Shown: one piece after another, positions 58,081 through 64,000 of the stretch
How the letters are laid out: each line of letters begins with the position of its first letter
How positions within the stretch are numbered: the stretch's first letter is position 1
Assembly (NCBI GenBank): GCA_964252035.1
Contig: OZ176206.1
Source: Podarcis erhardii
Lineage: Eukaryota
Strand: one strand, 5' to 3'
Length of the DNA: 64,000 nucleotides
Position numbers and translations under genes: made by a program
The notes under the pieces: generated by a model
Told to the model about the DNA's origin: nothing
What the model saw: only the letters and a program-made list of their open reading frames with translations
Database searches by the model: none

Positions 58081-59215
58081 CCTTGCTCCAGAAGGTACAA
58101 GGTCACAATATGCTTTGCATACCTTTCCCTGGTGTAGCTTTCTATGTTCTGCACCAAACCACCAAGACTTGCAGGTCACCCAATGAAATTGATAAATGCC
58201 AACACAAACTCTGAGAGGATTCTGTTTGGATCTTTTTTAACAAGCTCACAAAACTGCATACATTAAGGAGAAAAAGATGCCTTAGACATTAAGACCTCCA
58301 AAAGCATTGTAGGCTGGGCGGCTACATTGTCAAATAGTTGCCCACCTCTTTACGCTTAACAATATGCATGCACACAACACCAAAAACAGAGACAATTTTA
58401 TTATTTCCTAAGATATGGGTCATACGATGCTGGAATCCCTTTTGTAAAATAACATAATAATAAAAAAGACCTTGAATTAATAGAAAAATCTAATCAAAGC
58501 CTCTTTATCTTTCCAAGGAGCTGGTGTGAATTCAGAGGGGCAGCTGTATATCACGGGCCTGTGTCTCTCAAATAGATAATCAATTTCCATGAAGGCATCA
58601 ATAATCATAGCCTGACGTTTATGACCCTCTGGATGGTTTATCTTTGGGGCTAAGAGGGACAGCAGGGGCAATGACAAATGCCAAGGCTGTCACAGAAGAC
58701 AATTAAATGGCACAGGGGTAAAGGATTTAATATTATAGAAATATATATGAAGCAATCCAGTCCATTCATAATTGAACAAGATAGTATAAAGTATATAGGG
58801 ATATAAATATGACATTTGCCTGCTTGAATAAACGCTGGCGGTTTAGCCAGGGGGATAGGCGGAGGGGAGGCGGGCCTGGAAATCTGCTCTGTGCTTGCCT
58901 TTCAGACTTGGAGTGAACTTCAGCTATCATGGTTATGGAGAAATGCTTGAACACGCATGAGTAGCGTCTGCCAGAGATTCAGGACTCGGCACACTCGAGC
59001 CGGCACACAAGTGGAAATGGATTTAGGGCTGTGGAATTGAAAGCATATGCAGGCTGGAGCTGAAAGAAAAATGAGAGTGGGGGATTTTCATGCTCTTGGC
59101 CAGAATGAGCTTGTTTTAAAGTTTGATTTTATCAGTCGTATCTTATGCATAGTTTGTCTAGTTTTATGTGCACGCTTGGAGGTTTTTGCTAGTTAAGTAG
59201 TAATCCGGGCAGGTA

Positions 59216-59332
59216 GGATTGTATCCAACTGAGTTAATACTCTGAGCCACATCCATTGACGTGATCAAAGCTGAGTTAGCCATGCCTATTCATCTCAATG
59301 GGTCTACGCCGAGTAGGACTAGCATACAACCC
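59216..59332. mobile_element. Palindromic MITE (GGTTGTATCCAA family)
   Basis: GGATTGTATCCAAC...CAATGGGTCTACGCCGAGTAGGACTAGCATACAACCC. Confidence 0.6.
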
Positions 59333-60179
59333 AGTGGAATTGAGGGATCCAAGTTGGCCATGCCTGTCATTTTCAAGGAGTCTTCTCTGAGGAGCACTAA
59401 CGCCATAAGCTTTGCTTTTTTAAAACAACAACAACTAACATTCTAGAGCATTTTTCTTTCCTTCCAGTATTCCCAATTATTAGTTTACAGTTAAGGATTT
59501 GGCAACACAGCACAGGAAGTGGAGAATCACTGTACATAGCTAGTTACTACTTCACATCATTGACTCTCGTTCATCCTTAAGAATTTTTTAAAGTATCCCC
59601 TGGACTCTGGTTACAAAAATGTCCTTTAAAAATTGTGATTCCAAAGGTTTGTGTGTGTGTGTGTGTGTGTGTGTTTTCATGAATTCTGGATATTTTTTTC
59701 TGCGGTGAACATGGTAGCAGCATTTCATCCCAGCTCCGAAGCAAGTTACGTAGAGAGAGAAGAGAGAAGGTAGTGGCACTTCTGGTAGAAGGTGACTTGG
59801 TCTGCATCTCCTGGACTATGTGCAGGAGACTTAGTTGTCCGCAGCCTTCCCCATTCCCCTAATGATCCAATGCTGTTTTCAGCTCAAGCAGCATATCATA
59901 TTATCTGTACTTGTTGGGTGGATGAGATCTGGATGAGCAAAAAGGTCGCAGGCAGGGGGAATGTGTCAGAAAATGAGCAGAGAGAGACCTAAAAAGAAAC
60001 AAGGTCATGGGAAGATTTTGAAGGTGAAGGCAAGAAGCTAAGGAAGGTGCGGAGGACAGAACTGGCAGCTTCTGGGAACTACAGGCGAGGAGAGTTGCTG
60101 TTGCATTGACCTATGTGAAAGCATCACAGGTTGGCACAGGCTTGGTTGCTCTCTGTAGCTGTAAGCCACCTTGGGTATG

Positions 60180-60185
<6 letters not shown>

Positions 60186-60229
<44 letters not shown>
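60186..60229. repeat. (TA)n microsatellite
   Basis: Uninterrupted TA run. Confidence 0.95.
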
Positions 60230-60232
<3 letters not shown>

Positions 60233-60246
60233 AACAAGTGGAACAC

Positions 60247-60754
60247 AAACCTAGACAGCATCTTAAAAAGCAGAGACATCACTTTGCCAACAAAGGTCCG
60301 TATAGTTAAAGCTATGGTTTTCCCGTAGTGGTGTATGTAAGTGAGAGCTGGACCATAAAGAAGGCTGATCGCCAAAGATTTGATGCTTTTGAATTATGGT
60401 GCTGGAGGAGACTCTTGAGAGTCCCATGAACTGAAAGAAGATCAAACTATCCATTCTTAAGGAAATCAGCCCTCAATGCTCACTGGAAGGACAGATCCTG
60501 AAGCTGAGGCTCCAATATTTTGGCCACCTCATGAGAAGAGAAGACTCCCTGGAAAAGACTCTGATGTTGGGAAAGATGGAGGGCACAAGGAGAAGGGGAC
60601 GACAGAGGACAAGATGGTTGGACAGTGTTCTCGAAGCTACCAGCATGAGTTTGACCAAACTGAGGGAGGCAGCGGAAGACAGGAGTGCCTGGTGTGCTCT
60701 GGTCCACAGGGTCATGAAGAGTCAGACACGACTAAACAACTAAACAACAACAAC
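60247..60754 (+). mobile_element. BovB (RTE) LINE 3' fragment
   Basis: NLDSILKSRDITLPTKVRIVKAMVF and REDSLEKTLMLGKMEGTRRRGRQRTRWLDSV; (AAC)n tail. Confidence 0.92.
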
Positions 60755-60953
60755 AGATTGTCATTTTTCAAAGGTCCCCCTGGGCTTAAATTTGGAATGG
60801 TGGTCTTGAGGAGTCTAAGCATGCCCACATTGAAGTTGTTGTATTTCTAAAGCAGCGGGTGAAGCCAATAGCAGAGCTTTGGATAAGTCCAGCAGCCTTA
60901 TTACAAGGCAGAGACTATGCTGCTATGCCTCCAAAATTCAAAACCCAAAGGCT

Positions 60954-61111
60954 TGGCTCACATGCATAGCTCAGTTGGTTAGAGCATGCTGCTAATAGCA
61001 CCAAGGTTGCAGGTTTAATCCCCGTGAGAGATAGCTGCAGATTCCTGCATCAGAGGGGGTTGGACTAGGTGATTCTCAGGATCCCTTCCAACTTTAAGAT
61101 TATATGATTCT
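60954..61111 (+). mobile_element. SINE with tRNA-Ile(AAT)-like head and CR1-derived tail
   Basis: TAGCTCAGTTGGTTAGAGCATGCTGCTAATAGCACCAAGGTTGCAGGTTTAATCCCCGT, then TTCCTGCATCAGAGGGGGTTGGACTAG...ATGATTCT. Confidence 0.75.
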
Positions 61112-61377
61112 GTTACAAGCACTTTGTTCTGCCCTTTGCTTCCAGCTCTGTGTCCAAATTGCCATTACATTCTCCTTCTTCTTTTTACTTTGGATGAGCT
61201 GGACACTGGTTTCTTTATTATTTAAATCTGTGAGCTTAAAAAAAAAAAATGCAGAGAAAATTTGGACGCAGCTACAGGGCTCGCCCTGCTGAAGACTGAA
61301 TTCCCTTGGGATAATATGGTGGGCATATCTGAAGCCAACCGTTGGCAGGGCCAGAGTAAAAAATGTTAAGGCATCCC

Positions 61378-61527
61378 CTTCTCATTCTCTCCTTCTCTTT
61401 TTGACACCCCCTTTCTCTCTTTCAATCCCTTCTCCCCTTTTATCTCATTATGTCACCCCTGCTTGCTCTCTCTCTCCCTCTCCCTCTTTGACACCCCTTT
61501 TCTTTCTGACACCTCCTTCTCTCTCCC
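61378..61527 (+). repeat. Polypyrimidine low-complexity tract with TGACACC repeats
   Basis: About 150 nt, mostly C/T; TTTGACACCCC twice and TCTGACACCTCC once. Confidence 0.8.
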
Positions 61528-63879
61528 AAATGGCTCACTCGCAGAGAGCTCTTGATATTAGGCTGAAGGTCACACACAGATCTCTGGCAGCAGGTTGCCC
61601 ATCTCTGCGTTAGGATGTCAAACACAGAGATCGAATATTCAGGAGACATGCAGCAAATGTAATATTGGACCCAAAGCTGTCCATGTGCTCTTGGGAAAGT
61701 TTTCCAACGTAGAGGGAAAGCTTTGTGGGATAAAGGCAAGGGCCGTAGCTCATTGGTAGGGCACACGACATTGTATGTTCTTGGGCTTCCAAAGGCATCT
61801 TAGTTGGTGCCAGTTGGAAACAAAAGTTCTGGATTATGAGGATGTTGGTCTCTTCTAGCAAGACACACATTAAATCCTTATTACTTTATGTTCATTGTGG
61901 AACATCTTCTACTTGGACACATGCCAGTGTTCAGATCCAACCAAACTATTGTTGTTTTCCTGTTGAATGCAACTCTTTCCAGATGAAAATTAACCTCCAG
62001 TACAATGGCTGAAAATCTTGATCAAGGGCTACAAGGTCTTCCCAGTTTGTTTGCACATTCATTCAGAGGTGCCCATCTTTCAGTGCCTTGATTAAGGCTA
62101 TTTACAATCCTGGAAAAGTAGCTGAATGTCTGTGGTTCTGCTATGTTCCTTGAATGCAGCTTTGCAGAAAATTCAACGCTGAGTTTTTATTTCAGTGCCT
62201 TTCTGACTTTGCTTCCTTCTATTATGCCAAAAGGAACATTGATGGTAAGAGATGCATCTCTCTTTCTGTCTGCACAGCGTTGCCAAAAGGCACTTCTGTT
62301 TATGTCTTAAAACTATGACCAATATTTCATGGACACCACAAATGTTCATAATGCAGCCAGACGCTAGAGAGGAAATTTCTTTACGCTGTTGAAGAGGGTT
62401 TATTAAAGTACATTTTTTGGATTGAGGCATCCAAAATAAATAATCATTTATCTGAAGGCAGCCAAATTCTATGAATGGCCAAAAACTTTGGACGCACCAC
62501 CAAGGAAACTCTTGCTAATATAGAGCTCAAAGCATAATAAAGTACTTGTGAATTTGGCAGTCTCCCAGCCCCACAGCCGAAATCTTTGCCGGCGGCAACA
62601 GCGGAAAGCAAATCCATATAAAGGAAAACCTTCTCCAAGTCTTTTCAGTAGTGCTGAACCTAAAATGGGGGGGGGGGGAGAGAGAGATTTTATGGAAATA
62701 TGTGCCAAAATCTAACCATCTTCTTTTTGAGCTGCACATACACTCCAATTTCATCTAGAAGCAATGGAGGCTAAATACTTGTTTTTTTCTATCATAGTTA
62801 TACGCAGTCTTAGATGTATTACTTTTTTTGCTCTGAAAACGCTTCCTAGAATTAGAGAAAATTGTAGAGCTTGAAGGAACCCCAAGGGCCATCTGGTCCC
62901 ACCCCCTGCAATGCAGGCATCGCAGCTCTTGAGAAACCCGTTTCGTTGCAAAAATAAAAGCACACTGTAGAGGAGTCTGCATCACCCGGCAGCGGGTCCA
63001 TTTGAAAACAGATGTAAGCAGTTCCTGCAATAGGGGCTGTATCCACACCTGCCCATTGACATATCCCTTGAGGTTAGCAAGATCTAAAATCAATCTAGCT
63101 TGAAAGCAGTATGTTGAGGACAAGTACTAGGAATTCTGGATTGGGGCAGGTGTGCCATTGCATTTTGCACTACAGACAGGTTGGTGTGCATGCAGCCTTT
63201 GGGTCACTTTTCAGAGATAATTGCAAAATAACTTTAAAAACAGAGTGCTAGAATAATCCCTGGCTGACTAGGATCACTCATGTAGTGAGCTTCATTCATC
63301 ACCTGATGCCTTTATGCAGTCTTGCAGATTCCTAGGTGGTATTAATCACACCAACATGATCACAGTTTCTGCACTGTATCTTGAAGCTGCATTCAGGGCT
63401 TCCCCCCAAAAATGTGCCCTAGCTGTTGGGCACACCAAGACTAGGGAAGGCAAACCCACCAATGTGTAAAACTGACCTATGGCTGCTTAAAATAACCACC
63501 ACAAGGACATCAAACTTCAGGAACCTGCATCTCATAAGCAGAGATGCAGATTGATGATGGAATTGGCACAATGCATACGAGCAAATGTTCAGAATCTTCT
63601 ACGCGGTTCCTAGCATAGGGCAAACGGCGTCTTGTTTTTATTTTGTGACTTTGGCTCAGTCTGGGTCAGCGGATCTTCATTATGCCTCACTTAGCTCAGC
63701 AGGGAAATCAGGTTAAAAGAATGTGGCATCATGTGCTGAAGCTCACTCTCTGAACAGAGACATTCTTCAAGGAAAAGTGAAGGGGGAAAGGGAGATTGAA
63801 ACATGGGCATGTTCGTTACTACATTAATCAGTCTTCCCTTCCAGTCCTATGATCTATCACCATCTTTGGGCTGTTGCAT

Positions 63880-63980
63880 CAAAACCCGGCCAGGGACACC
63901 TTGACCACAGTAGTCCATAACTGACAATCTCAAGGCTGGATTACTGCAATGTGCTCTATGTGCGGACTTGAGCCTGGTTA
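63880..63980 (+). mobile_element. L2 ORF2 fragment (degraded)
   Basis: Encodes DTLTTVVH.LTISRLDYCNVLY, matching the L2 LVTSRLDYCNALY motif. Confidence 0.7.
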
Positions 63981-64000
63981 GCACGGTTCAGCTAGTATAG

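Larger units (their letters stand above)
2833..64000 (+). other. PRDM16: PRDM16 intron 2 (partial, at least 61 kb)
   Basis: Starts at GTAAGA donor. No segment encoding the short exon 3 (QILTD..V..QE.C..K-like) was found; the human intron is also tens of kb. Confidence 0.75.

Noticed and set aside
60954-61030. tRNA genes (also 49457, 3265, 5407 and other SINE heads)
   Set aside because: Acceptor stems are broken and each runs directly into SINE body or LINE tail sequence.
62614-62624. CArG box (CCATATAAAGG)
   Set aside because: Seven A/T between CC and GG instead of six; not a consensus SRF site.
1-64000. CRISPR arrays, operons, rRNA or other prokaryote-type systems
   Set aside because: Sequence is vertebrate intron; recurring repeats are dispersed TEs and microsatellites, not repeat-spacer arrays.

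Overview
Vertebrate genomic DNA from a squamate, most likely a lacertid lizard, judged from its Squam1/Sauria, Squam3, BovB and CR1 repeat content. The only protein-coding exon I can support is PRDM16 exon 2 (2483-2832, +, 350 nt, N-terminal half of the PR/SET domain). The rest is the end of intron 1 and more than 61 kb of intron 2; exon 3 was not found. The intron alternates between TE-dense patches and unique, repeat-free blocks that look like regulatory conserved non-coding elements (conservation could not be tested here). TE classes seen: SINEs, CR1/L2/L1/BovB/Rex1 LINE 3' fragments, TA-flanked Tc1/mariner MITEs, 8-bp-TSD hAT MITEs, solo LTRs and a Penelope remnant. There is one 496-N assembly gap. 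The most notable item is a complete minimal type I hammerhead ribozyme motif (57511-57548) in a Penelope-like remnant, on the PRDM16 sense strand. That RNA class is already known from Penelope-like elements, and I found no evidence for a wholly new biological system. Repeat family names come from recognition, not database search, and TE boundaries without a stated TSD are approximate.
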